From: Lytechinus pictus
Taxonomy: Eukaryota
Assembly: GCF_037042905.1 (NCBI RefSeq)
Contig: NC_087251.1
Location: forward strand, 29,142,001 to 29,206,000
Length of the DNA: 64,000 bases
Direction: 5' to 3'
The notes under the pieces were generated by a model that searched no databases, was not told the DNA's origin, and saw only the letters and a program-made list of their open reading frames with translations. Shown in pieces: positions 15,001-26,536 of the stretch. The position numbers and the translations under genes are program-made. The stretch's first letter is position 1. The number at the start of each line of letters is the position of its first letter.

Positions 15001-16361
15001 GCTCCGAGGGGTCTTCTGGCATCCGAATGGGTCAATATACAAAGAATAAAGAAGATCGATTTCGAAAAGATTTTCGGGTCTCTCGCCCCACCCACGACCT
15101 GGCCAAATTGTCAGAAATTGAGCAAAATAATTTTTTTCCAAAAAAGCCCCCCAAAACCCCCCCAAACCAGCCGTCTTCGCTCCGAGGGGTCTTCTGGCAT
15201 CCGAATGGGTCAATATACAAAGAATAAAGAAGATCGATTTCGAAAAGATTTTCGGGTCTCTCGCCCCATCCGCGACCTGGCCAAATTGTCAGAAATTGAG
15301 CAAAATAATTTTTTTTCCAAAAAAGCCCCCCTAAACACCCCCAAACCAGCCGTCTTCGCTCCGAGGGGTCTTCTGGCATCCGAATGGGTCAATATACAAA
15401 GAATAAAGAAGATCGATTTCGAAAAGATTTTCGGGTCTCTCGCCCCACCCGCGACCTGGCCAAATTGTCAGAAATTGGGCAAAATAATTTTTTTCCAAAA
15501 AAGCCCCCCTAAACCCCTCCAAACCAGCCGTCTTCGCTCCGAGGGGTCTTCTGGCATCCGAATGGGTCAATATACAAAGAATAAAGAAGATCGATTTCGA
15601 AAAGATTTTCGGGTCTCTCGCCCCTCCCGCGACCTGGCCAAATTGTCAGAAATTGAGCAAAATAATTTTTTTCCAAAAAAGCCCCCCTAAACCCCCCCCA
15701 AACCAGCCGTCTTCGCTCCGAGGGGTCTTCTGGCATCCGAATGGGTCAATATGCAAAGAATAAAGAAGATTGATTTCGAAAAGATTTTCGGGTCTCTCGC
15801 ACTTCCCGCGACCTGGTCAAATTGTCAGAAATTGAGCAAAATAATTTTTTTCCAAAAAGGCCCCCCTAACCCCCCCCCAAACCAGCCGTCTTCGCTCCGA
15901 GGGGTCTTCTGGCATCCGAATGGGTCAATATACAAAGAATAAAGAAGATCGATTTCGAAAAGATTTTCGGGTCTCTCGCCCCACCCGCGACCTGGCCAAA
16001 TTGTCAGAAATTGAGCAAAATAATTTTTTTTCCAAAAAAGCCCCCCTAAACACCCCCAAACCAGCCGTCTTCGCTCCGAGGGGTCTTCTGGCATCCGAAT
16101 GGGTCAATATACAAAGAATAAAGAAGATCGATTTCGAAAAGATTTTCGGGTCTCTCGCCCCACCCGCGACCTGGCCAAATTGTCAGAAATTGAGCAAAAT
16201 AATTTTTTTTCCAAAAAAGCCCCCCTAAACACCCCCAAACCAGCCGTCTTCGCTCCGAGGGGTCTTCTGGCATCCGAATGGGTCAATATACAAAGAATAA
16301 AGAAGATCGATTTCGAAAAGATTTTCGGGTCTCTCGCCCCACCCGCGACCTGGCCAAATTG
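1..16361. repeat. Tandem satellite DNA array, 178-179 bp monomer, ~92 copies, with higher-order repeats; runs off the window start
   Basis: The monomer CCCCCAAACCAGCCGTCTTCGCTCCGAGGGGTCTTCTGGCATCCGAATGGG...GGCCAAATTGTCAGAAATTGAGCAAAATAATTTTTTTCCAAAAAAGCCCCCCTAAAC repeats head-to-tail. Variant patterns recur at 4630, 4451 and 1609 bp. Confidence 0.98.
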
Positions 16362-16512
16362 CATGGCAAATGATCCTGATCACCGCCCAAGGCTTGATAC
16401 CATCCAAACTCAAATCGACAAACTCCAACGGCCAAGTAAATGGAGGCGTGTCAAGCGATGGTTCGCAAGGAAACTGCATCTAGGTGTCACGCGCGTAAAA
16501 CATTCCCCATAG
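16362..16512 (+). pseudogene. Truncated C-terminal fragment of a protein-kinase-like ORF fused to the satellite end
   Basis: (C)MANDPDHRPRLDTIQTQIDKL...* resembles kinase subdomain XI (CxxxDPxxRP). Stop at 16510-16512; AATAAA at 16553-16558. Confidence 0.5.
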
Positions 16513-17676
16513 ACTTGCGTGTTAACATGGCACTTAAGAAAAATTCATAAAAAATAAATGTGAAATTAGAGGGTCGAATGTTTTCTACCTTTGGATAGGA
16601 TATATATCTGACATTCCATATCTGACCAGAGAAGGGTATCGTAGCCAGCTTATTTTAAAAATAAATCGCTATTTATGAAGATAACTATGATGGGATCAAA
16701 TTCATCAACTGAAACAGTAAAATAGCCCCAATTCTTCCGCCAGTCAAAAAATAGTTCCAAATCATTGATATATCTTCTCAATTTGGGCAAAGGAAGTTCA
16801 GTTGTTACAATTTCTAGAATCAGTGTTAGATTTTGAATCATATTCATACACTTTTGTCAATCAGCAATATCAAATTGAAAAAATTCGAATGGGTTGGATC
16901 GAACGAATATCTTTAGCCCTCCTGATGTAATTAGGCTTATGGCACCTCTACGCAGAAAGTAGTCCCACTATGACTCATATTTTGGCACCATTTGATAATA
17001 AAATCACCATGAAAACATTCATTGTTCCTCATTGTTTTCTTTCGCTTACATTCTAGAAGAAAATGTTATCAAAGTTAAGATTTTCCATCTTCTAGATGTT
17101 TCTCTGGATAACCCTATCCACTTCATGAGATTTTATTCCATATTGAGGTTTACTGGTATTATTTTCAACTAGAAAACAAAATGAGCTCCAAATAAGCAAT
17201 AACAGCAGCCGATGTAACGATGACGATGACGATTGTGAGGAAGAGGGGGAGTCGATCATAATATCAATGATATTAAGAATAATGACAAAATGATAAGGAG
17301 GATGTCTATTATCCTCACAAATATCACTCAAAACAATAGCAGAGATAGTATAAGAAGAGGGAGAGAGATAAAAAGAGACATCGAGGGAAAGCGGGTTTGC
17401 ATTTTTGCGGAAGTGAGAGTAGAATAAAAGATAGAAAGAGAGAGGGAGGGGATAGGGTTGTGGTAGCTATGTTTGAAGATACATAATAGAACGTGACCTT
17501 GAGAGGGACACATTTAAGTTTTAAAGTGGTATCGTTATACCATGCTCTGTCTGCTGTCACTTCCTAGCAATTTACCATACTAATTTGTAGAAGTGATATT
17601 TGGCTGATAAGATTGTAATACAACTTCCTCTTCATTTACGCTTGAAATTGAAATTGTCAAAAATTAAAAGGAAATA

Positions 17677-17886
17677 ATGATTTATTTACCAAGGGTAGCC
17701 ACTTTAGTTATAAAACTGCTCTACCAGCAGTCCCTTCAAAACATAATACATTATTATTACCCTTCTCGCCTTGCAAAAAGGCAGAATGTCCCATTTATAC
17801 ATGTAAGTCTTTGGTATGACTCGTCCCGGGATCGAACCCACGACCTCCTGTTCATGAGGCAGGCGCTCTACCACTGAGCCACTATC
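17677..17886 (-). mobile_element. tRNA-derived SINE
   Basis: Minus strand has A box TGGCTCAGTGG and B box GGTTCGATCCC, then a non-tRNA body and a GGCTACCCTTGGTAAATAAA tail. Confidence 0.8.
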
Positions 17887-18900
17887 AGTGGCGTAACAGG
17901 CGTGGGGGGGGGGCAAGCTGCCCCCCTCCCTGGCGGAGCTCACCCGGGAGAATAAAAAAAACGGGAAAAAGAAAAAAAAGGAGGAGGGAAGGGAAAGGGA
18001 AGAGAAAGGGAAAGGAAAACTAAGAAAAAACATAAAAAGGGAAAACGGAAAGATAACGGGAAAAGGAAAGAAAAAAGAACAAGTGAGAAAGAACAATTCG
18101 CCCCGATATACAAATACATTAGCATGATTAGTAAGACAGGGAAATAAATTAAAGATGACAAAAAGGCAAACAAAAGCGGGAAATAAAGGCAGAATGGAAT
18201 TAGCCAAAATCTAAATTGGAAAATAAAAATAGGGACAAGATAACGTACACTACCGGGCTGCCGAGGATTGAGATAACGAGCGGGAAGAAAAATTGATGGT
18301 ATATAGCATAATGTCGTATGAAAGTCTATCATAAACTTGCTAAATCTCCAAAGGCTCTGTCCAAGAGTCAAGACCCCGTGCAGTGGGGGCTCTTCATCTG
18401 TAACCTTTAATGGGTTCTATAACGGGCCCCTATATGGACCCTTCCTGCATTAAGCTTTACGTTGAAGCACTGGCGTACCGGGGGGGGGGTGGTTCCACAG
18501 CCAAGGGGAAATGAAAGAAAATAAAGGAGGCAGCGAAATGAGATGAATGAAAACAAATATATGACATGATATTTGCTATAATGATGTAAAAATCTATCAC
18601 ATAATTAGAATTTCATTTTAACATGCCATTTATTTTTCTGGCTCGCTTCGCTCGCTCGGGACCTATATTAAGCTACTTCTTGCCAGAAGCGCCATAGTCG
18701 GCCCCCTCGAGCATATAGAGCTTCGCCCTGATGCTCACAATCATAACAAAAATCCTGTTCACCGTGGCGTACAAAAAAAGAGAGAAAAAAGGAAAGAGAG
18801 GAGGGTGAAATATGATATCATATAACATTATGTCAAAATCTATCACAAAATTGGATTTTTGCAATAAAAATGTCAAAATTTTTTGTCGGATAAAACGTCC
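17887..18900. mobile_element. Cluster of non-autonomous DNA transposon (MITE) fragments
   Basis: Termini of the CAGTGGCGTA...G-run type at 17887 and ~18468; GA-rich interiors; a shared AAAATCTATCAC block at ~18590 and ~18835. Confidence 0.5.
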
Positions 18901-19529
18901 GACAAAACGCCCCCCCCCCCCGGTTTACTGTCCTTTTTTAGGACTACACTCAGTTCCGAAAAAGATCTACTAAATCTCCATTTTCTCGTCTGTCCATTTC
19001 ACTTCTTTTTCTATCCACTTTCTCTTCGTCCTTTTCCAGGACTTTACACATGGTGTACCGTAAACCATTTTCGCGATTGTACGTACAAACTTTCAAACAT
19101 CATGTAACATTTGCATTTCTTCCCCATCACATACCACATTTGCACCCAGCTTCTTCCAAACCAGGTTCTGGGGAGCGTTTCATGAAAGAACTTGTGAGAC
19201 TTTTTATCCGAGTCCTGATTTATCCGATAATTACCATAGCAACAGTGCTTCTGAGCCAATCAAAATCAAAGAAAGTTGTCAGATCGGGGGACTGTTTCAT
19301 AAAAGTTGTCAGCACTGACAAGATGTCTTTCTCCGACAGTTACCATAGTAACAGTCAGAGGCCATAGCTTTTCAGCCAATCAAAAGCAAGGAATTCACTG
19401 AAATAGTCAGCACTGACAATTTAGTCAGTGCTGGCAACTTTCATGAAACACAGCTGGTAACTTCTCGGACAAAAACGTTGATGAAAAGCTCCCTTGAAGT
19501 CTTCTCCCTCTGTCCATCAACTTCACAAG

Positions 19530-19629
19530 ACTCACCCTCTCTCTCTGTCCTCCTCCAAGTCCCCATCTCACTTTCACTCAAAGACCATGTTTCACTCCCA
19601 TACAGCATCCCTGATCGTAATACATACAT
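19530..19629 (-). mobile_element. RTE-clade LINE reverse transcriptase fragment
   Basis: VLRSGMLYGSETWSL carries the YGSETW motif typical of the RTE ORF C-terminal region. Confidence 0.65.
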
Positions 19630-20129
19630 ATCTCATATTGCAATTTATTTGTGCCCTTTCTTAGGTACTGTTATTGCAGGTAACTGCTTAATTCAAAATT
19701 CTGGGAACACAGAAATTTGTTCGATCATATTCTGGTCTGAAATAATATTTCAAGTTTGCCGATAATTCATCTTATGCAGAGTCTTACTCTGCTCTTTTTT
19801 CTCTGTAGGGCCTGTTACTATGGTTTGCAAGTATTTATAAAAGTACACACACGAAGAAAATTCACGAAAGTGATGATTATAGACAAATTATGAAAATACT
19901 TACGTTTATTTTCTTATTTACGAGATAACTGGATATACTCATTTGATTTGCTTGTTCATTACGATGAACCAGCACGCCGAATATACAGTACACAATTTTC
20001 CTGCGCGCGCACTACATCTCCCTATGAACGCACTATCCCAAGATCATCGCGCAATTTGGCGTCCATTTCCTCTCATGAGCCTGCACGCAAGACATGTTGC
20101 CACGCAAGGCGAGGGGTAGGTGGGAGGGT

Positions 20130-20227
20130 TCAAATGAGTATATCCAGTTATCTCGTAAATAAGAAAATAAACGTAGGTATTTTCATAATTTACTATCAAT
20201 AACTGGGATATACTCATTTGATTTGCT
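20130..20227. repeat. DIRS internal complementary region (ICR) with circle junction ATAATTT at 20185-20191
   Basis: 20130-20191 is the reverse complement of ~19885-19946 (1 mismatch). 20185-20227 is the reverse complement of ~26575-26617. Confidence 0.92.
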
Positions 20228-23200
20228 AGACCAACACGGATTCAACGTGAAGGGAGGCATGTCTAGACTAAGAAAGTGCGTACAAAAATAGGGAGATGAA
20301 GACACCAAAGGCCGCTGCCTTAAGGACAGAGGAGGCAAATAAGGCCTCATGTGAAGGTCCTTAAGAACAAGGAATTAGAAGAGCGCCAAAAAGGCGGTCC
20401 TCAAGATGTCGTATACGACGATTCCATAGAAAGAGCCCAAGAAGAAAGATACTATAGTATCATGGGCCCTCGGCCTAGTGTCAGAAGGAGAACATCATCA
20501 CCAACTGACTTGATCGTTTCAACAATCCAGCGTGAAAGATGTCTCGAGAAGCTGCCGCACACGGCTTGCGCGACAAAACAACCAACTTCACAGAGTTGGG
20601 AATTGTCTGAAGAATGGAAAACAAAGACGAGGATTAGAAGTCACACCTAATCTAAGCCAATCCCGGCAACGGTCCGGGAGCGATGCATAAGTATGCAAAG
20701 CTTAGTACTGTAAATGGTTATAAATAAACAGATACGGGAGGGATCTCGACTGATAGACAGACAAAGGATACCCTGAATACCGATCCAAGAGGGAGTTAGT
20801 CAAGCGTCAAGAACGACCGACAGGTGCCATTACGGACTAAGCCATACAAGCTCAACGTTTGAGAAGAACTTAAGAGGTTGTAAGATTCGGATTGAAGGTA
20901 TTAATCATCCGTAACCGGAGGGATGATAATTGCCGATGATCAAAAAACGATCCGATTTTGTTGAAAATTTCGACAAGAATCGTGATCGGAAGACTGAAAC
21001 TTGTACGGTTCAGTAAGTGATCAATCAATCAAACTGAGAAGGCGACAGCAGGGCTAATAAAAGCCACGGTCAAGTCACCGGCTTAATAATTTAAGCCAAG
21101 CCGCAACCATGCAAACGTAAGGAATGCAAGATATCTCAGAAGCCCCCGCGTGGGAGAAGGCGCCCAGAATTCGATATCTGTCTCAAATGCGTGAGGGCAG
21201 AACATCTGCAGAATTCTGATAGAGAGCTGTGGCAGGACGTTTCCAGCGGTCCGATAAGGACATGGAACGACAGAGAGTAAGGTTGAAGTAAACCACTCGT
21301 AAGGCAGTCAATGTGTCGAGAAAAGCGACTGAGTGCCATCCTGTTAATAAGAAATTGCCACGGACCTGCTGTCTATGTAGGATAGAACAGTCTGGTCAAA
21401 GCAGCTCAAATGGGCGTGTCGGAGCAAAACGCTGCACGCATCACGACATAATAAGTGTGATAAGACAGCGGATCCCTTTTCTCCCGTACTAAATAAAACA
21501 CCCGCCCGAGGGTGCAGTGCCCGCGGCGGGAGAGGTGGGCGGTGGTTTGGCTGAAGCCACCATCGCCGAGAGGGCCCGTAAGACTAGGCTACGATGGATG
21601 TCCGCTGAGCGGAGTAATCCCTAGTCGCAACAAGCGTACGCCAGAGACGAGCTGGCGAACAATGTCTCTGTCATGATCTTACGTGTAAACGATGATCAAG
21701 AGATGTCGGTCAAGATGTTCTGAACCAACAGACAACGCCAGACATGATACCTCAACAGTTACGTTCCCGACAGAATCGAGTGAGGCAACAACGGCCCTGT
21801 CCTATCAAGGCTAGGGACGGAAACTGGCTAAGAGTGTCTAAGTCCTCGCTTGACGAAACAAGTGGAGGAGAAAGGCGACTTGAGGAAAATAATCGCCAAT
21901 ATTTCCCTCAGTCTGCGATGAGAACCAGTTGTTTACGAAAACAGCCACAAGGCCTGGTTTCTCTGGTGATCGCAAGGGCAAGCACCGCCGGCGCCGGTTG
22001 CAACAGCATGGAACAGTCCGATATCGGTAAGATAAGGAGTTCCGAGAAGCTGCGGGGGGCGGCAAAAATTACGCCCTAAGCAGCGGGGGATGAGAATCTA
22101 AGCTTCTAAAAAGAAGAACTCCAGTGAAGAAAATCACTTTCATGGAGGGACTCATCCACAGTCGGCCCGAGAGAAAGCGGGTCGTGGTGATCGTGGTTAG
22201 ACAGGCATAAGTATGCATACACACACGTATACATTTTATACATAAATGTATATCCACCACGATTACATCATCCTCGGTCACACAGTGACCATGGTCACAT
22301 ACATAGCATGGAAGGAGGATGAAAGCAGCCTGCGAGGCGACTCAAGTGTGCCGAATGAAAAAGCTTCTAAAAAGAAGACAACTCGACACACGGGCACGGT
22401 AAATGCATCGACCGATGGCCTGGTGGTGGACAGTTAGGTGTGAACTCGCCGACCCGGCACGGTGGGTGCGCCCAGGGAGTAGGCATAGAAATGCCGACAG
22501 AAAAAACCTGGGGCTTGAAACAAGCCTGAACGCACGCACACAGCCGACAATCTAAAGAGATATATGGCTGTTTCTTTCCACCGAGACGATGCTTACCCGA
22601 CTGGGAAAGACTCGGGGAACAAGTTGTGAATGTCAACAGGACGGGTATCTGGCATATAAATAGCCGATTCCCTCCGGGCGTTCGGTGCGGGTGCTGCCGG
22701 CGGGGTCCGGGGGGACGACCGATGATGGCAGCTCGGGCAGGGCTCGCACGAGCCGCCTGAATACGAGACAAATAGGTTACAAAATAACCATGATGCACCG
22801 GGTGGTGAAGGCATAGCGATTATTAAGTATAGGAGAACTATTAATCGCCGTGACATTCAGATCCGATATTTATGCTCATAAGCTCGGCAGAGCTACGAGA
22901 TAGTGAGACATACCGCTGAGCGGTGATGGTGCTAATATCGGAGTCGCCCTCACTACAGCGGCGATCGCTGGAGGACGGGTGTCTGTACTAGCCCTGACTC
23001 TAACCTTACAAGGAAGAGAAGGAGTTAAAAGTAAAGACAGGGCACCCTTACTTTCGTATAGAAAGTGAGGTTCAAGCCAAAAGCTGACGGTCCCGTCGCC
23101 TGGGCGGACGGTCCGCGGGCGTGATAGGTTTCCCTCTAAAAAACAGCCAAACATTCTCATGAGAGAAGGAAGGCATGTTAGAAATTCTTACCTCCAATCT

Positions 23201-26200
23201 AAAGGCCCGCCTAGGGGGTAGAATGGAGAGAGTTACCGCTAAAAGAGCCGTTGCAGTAAGCGATGCCCGGTCAAACTGTGAGGCTTGACGTAGAGGGCGA
23301 ATTCGGGAGTACCTGCATATTAATGGGGGACACCCATGCAGGTGAACTCGCCGACGGCTCCCCGGAGTGCGGGCTGGCGGGAGAAACTCAATCCGCTCAA
23401 TGCCCGTCACCGGCAATAAGACCGACAGAAAACAGCCAAGCGGCTACAGCGTCCAACCAGCGACATACGGGGGCTTGCCGACTTGCTGGGCGAGACCCAT
23501 ACGTCAGCAGCACCTGTGCAAATCATGAAAACACCAGTGCGGGTGAAAGGGCCGGTGCGTGGCTGTTGATAAGCCCGGCCGTCGCGTAGCGGCGGTCTGT
23601 AATGACGGAGAACACGAGGGTAAGAACCCGTAATGCTCGGGACGTGTTGATGCAACCTGTAAGGATGCAACGTCCAGCCGTCGGTCATCGAGAGCTTGCC
23701 GACATGTTGGCTTGAAAGCCGTATGTTGGAAGCACCTGCATGGAAACGGGGTCACCGTGTAGGTGAACAGCGTTTCAATAAAAGCCCGGCGTGAGAGGGC
23801 AGGTGACTGCTTGAACCGCACAGTGCTTAGCATGGCGGCTGAAGCTGACATGAAGCGGGAGTCTGGTGACATAATGGGGGGCGATGCCCGTATGTCGATA
23901 ACACCTGTGTATTAGCGGGAATTTCCCTTGCAGGTGCGTGAGCCGGCGAATCATGAAATTGCCGGTGACTCTGCGAGGTGTGAGATGGCGAATGTCTGCT
24001 TGACCTGCCCGGTGCTTGACACGGCGGCTGAAGCTGACATGAAGCGTGGGGGAATTTACCCGCACTGCTCGTGGGCGTGTGAAGCAACATGAGAGCTGCG
24101 ACGCGTGAACCACAATTATCGGGAGTCTGGTGACATAATGGGGGACGATGCCCGTATGTCGATAACACCTGTGTATTAGCGGGAATTTCCCTTGCAGGTG
24201 CGTGTGCCGGCGAATCATGAAATTGCCGGTGACTCTCCGAGGTGTGAGATGGCGAATGTCTGCTTGACCTGCCTGGTGTTTGACACGGCGGTTTTAGCTG
24301 ACAGAGAGCATGAGGATAAAAATCCGTGATGCTCGAGGGCGTTCTGTTGTAACATGAAGTTACGACGCCTGACCATCGGCACAAGAATCAGAAAGAAAGG
24401 GTCTGCCCGCGAAGCGGGGTTAGCAACCTAGAATTTCTTCTTCTTCCTCTTCTATGCGGCCCCCGCCGGGGGGCAGAAGAGGGCACAAGAGACAGGGGGA
24501 ACGTGATGTCTCGCGTGAGAAAAATCACCCAAATCTGATCAAGCCGTTTAGGCACATGAACGCTAATTCCACGGTTCCACCTTTAAGGGCACGTGGACGC
24601 GATTCCACGGTTCCACCCTGATCAGATAATCGTGAGATTGACGGAGTCGAGCTAACGTGTCTCTAGCGACTAGGGGCTGGTAGCCCTTTGCTAATGCTCC
24701 CTGAAGGAGACTGACAAAGCATCGAGCCTAGTCTGTGCCGGGAAAAGAGTCCCATGCTCTTAACCCGGACTTGTTGGACCCGATAGCCGGTGGGTAAAGC
24801 AGCCCTGGAGGAGTGAAGTTTTCTATACTAGTACAACACTCCCCAAAATAGGTTCAGGTCCCGTCGAGGGAGCCTTGGCTATCACCTTTCAGGCACGTGG
24901 CCGCTGCGCCACGGTTCCACCCTAAAACGCTCGGGCACGTGGGCGCGGTTCCACCCTCTTGGGCACGTGGACGCAACTCCACGGTTCCACCCTCCTTTTT
25001 CCAAGGCACGTGGACGCAACTCCACGGTTCCACCCTTTATAGAGCCCATCGCAAAGGGTCTCACTCTCTTGCCCTCATACTCACCGCCGCTGATCACGGG
25101 AACAATAATACCAGGTCTGGTTCTCTCCCAGCGGCAGGTTTGGAGTCATCAGGAGATGAGTCAAAAGAGCTCATCTACCTGGTAAGTTCTTAGCTGAAAG
25201 AACAAAAGGAGGGTCAAAAACAGAGAGGGGGCGGAGGGGTGGGTGGACAAGAAAGGTGACAAAGCAAGATCCTTATCAGAAATATTAATAATAAAATTAA
25301 TAACTTCGGAAAGAACAGGACCGACTTCTTAAACATGAGATCAAACAAAGTTTTTTTTTTTTTTTTTTTTTTAAATCAATTACACGTATACATGACGTTA
25401 ATTAATTAAAAACAGAACGTCTAAGTCCAAGGACGAAGAGCAGGATCAGCTAAGAAAAAAAAAAACAAGGTTTTTTTTTTTTTTTGACAATTAAGGGTCA
25501 AAAGAAATAAGGAGCTGATCTGAAAGGAAGAAGTAAAAACTTACTTCCCTTAAACTGGAAAGCCGAAAACTCATTAGCGAAAACTTTTTTAAAGGACGCT
25601 AAGAGATAAAGGGGGGCTTCCCAAAAATTTTAAGAGAAATTTTTTTTTAAAGACAATAAGTCTAAAAAAAAATTTTCAATACAAAAATAATTATTGCAAT
25701 TCATTAATTAATCAATCAATCAATTAATCAAACAAAAACAAAAGATTTATTGAGACAATCAACCGACTCACAAAGGAACAAGTTGAAAACAAGTTTGAGA
25801 ACAAACTGTCCCATAGTCTAAGCTGTGGGGAGGAAATAAAATCAATTTAATTCAAGACGAGGCAAAGGTGCAAGTCAAGAATAATAAAGAATTAAAAAGG
25901 ATTTGGCGTCGTATCAATGCCTGCGACACGCAGGAAGAGTGCGCGGAGCTACGGGTAAGGGAAGCGGAAGCAACCCGTCTGTGAGAAAACGAAACTGACG
26001 GTTCGGAACTCACAAGTTTATTTAAAGAAAAACGTGAATAATAACACGAATGCTCCATGCACTATGATATAAATGAAATCAATCTAAAGCCGAAAGGCAA
26101 AGGATTGAAATAGGCTGTAAATACATAGATAAATATGTAAACAACGGACACTTTTATAGTAAAGTGGGAGTGTACTTAGCTAACGTCTGATCACGGCGGC

Positions 26201-26300
26201 AGGCGAAAGTAAAAGAGGAAATGGACGCCAAATTGCGCGATGATCTCTTGGGATAGTGCGTTCATAGGGAGATGTAGCGCGCGCGCAGGAAAATTGTGTA

Positions 26301-26536
26301 TACCCAGTTGTTGTGTGTCCGGACAGGTTGTGTGTCCGGACGATCAATTTTAGAAAGTCATTTGGAAAATTTTACAAGCGAAGTTTCATCAATTTTTCGT
26401 ACAAAATGTAAGGAAATATTATAGAGAACAAAATGGAAGATGATTACAACTATTGAAATCATATTTTTAGTGTAATCCATAGACAAAAAAGAAGGCTTCA
26501 AAAATATAAAGTGTCCGGACACCCGACCCCCCATCC
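26301..26536. mobile_element. 236-bp insertion (MITE-like, TA duplication) inside the DIRS 5' ITR
   Basis: Absent from the partner ITR. TA flanks it at 26299-26300 and 26537-26538. GTGTCCGGACA lies at the same distance from each end. Confidence 0.85.

Noticed and set aside
138..16364. Many 60-369 aa ORFs on both strands in the satellite
   Set aside because: They are by-products of a stop-poor monomer. Frames switch with homopolymer length changes and there is no domain similarity.
17810..17886. tRNA gene with CAT anticodon (also tRNA-like segments at ~36940 and ~30010-30075)
   Set aside because: No proper acceptor stem or Pol III terminator. The 17810 and 36940 segments run into SINE bodies; the ~30010 segment is degenerate.
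17704..18371. Hydrophobic Phe-rich ORFs of 167 and 143 aa
   Set aside because: They are translations of GA-rich MITE interiors and a SINE.
20900..22300. Assigning RT, RNase H or methyltransferase domains within the DIRS
   Set aside because: Only ambiguous traces remain; a frameshift-aware alignment is needed.
24550..25035. CRISPR-like repeat-spacer appearance
   Set aside because: Spacers are mostly 6-13 nt and irregular, the context is a eukaryotic retroelement, and there are no cas genes.
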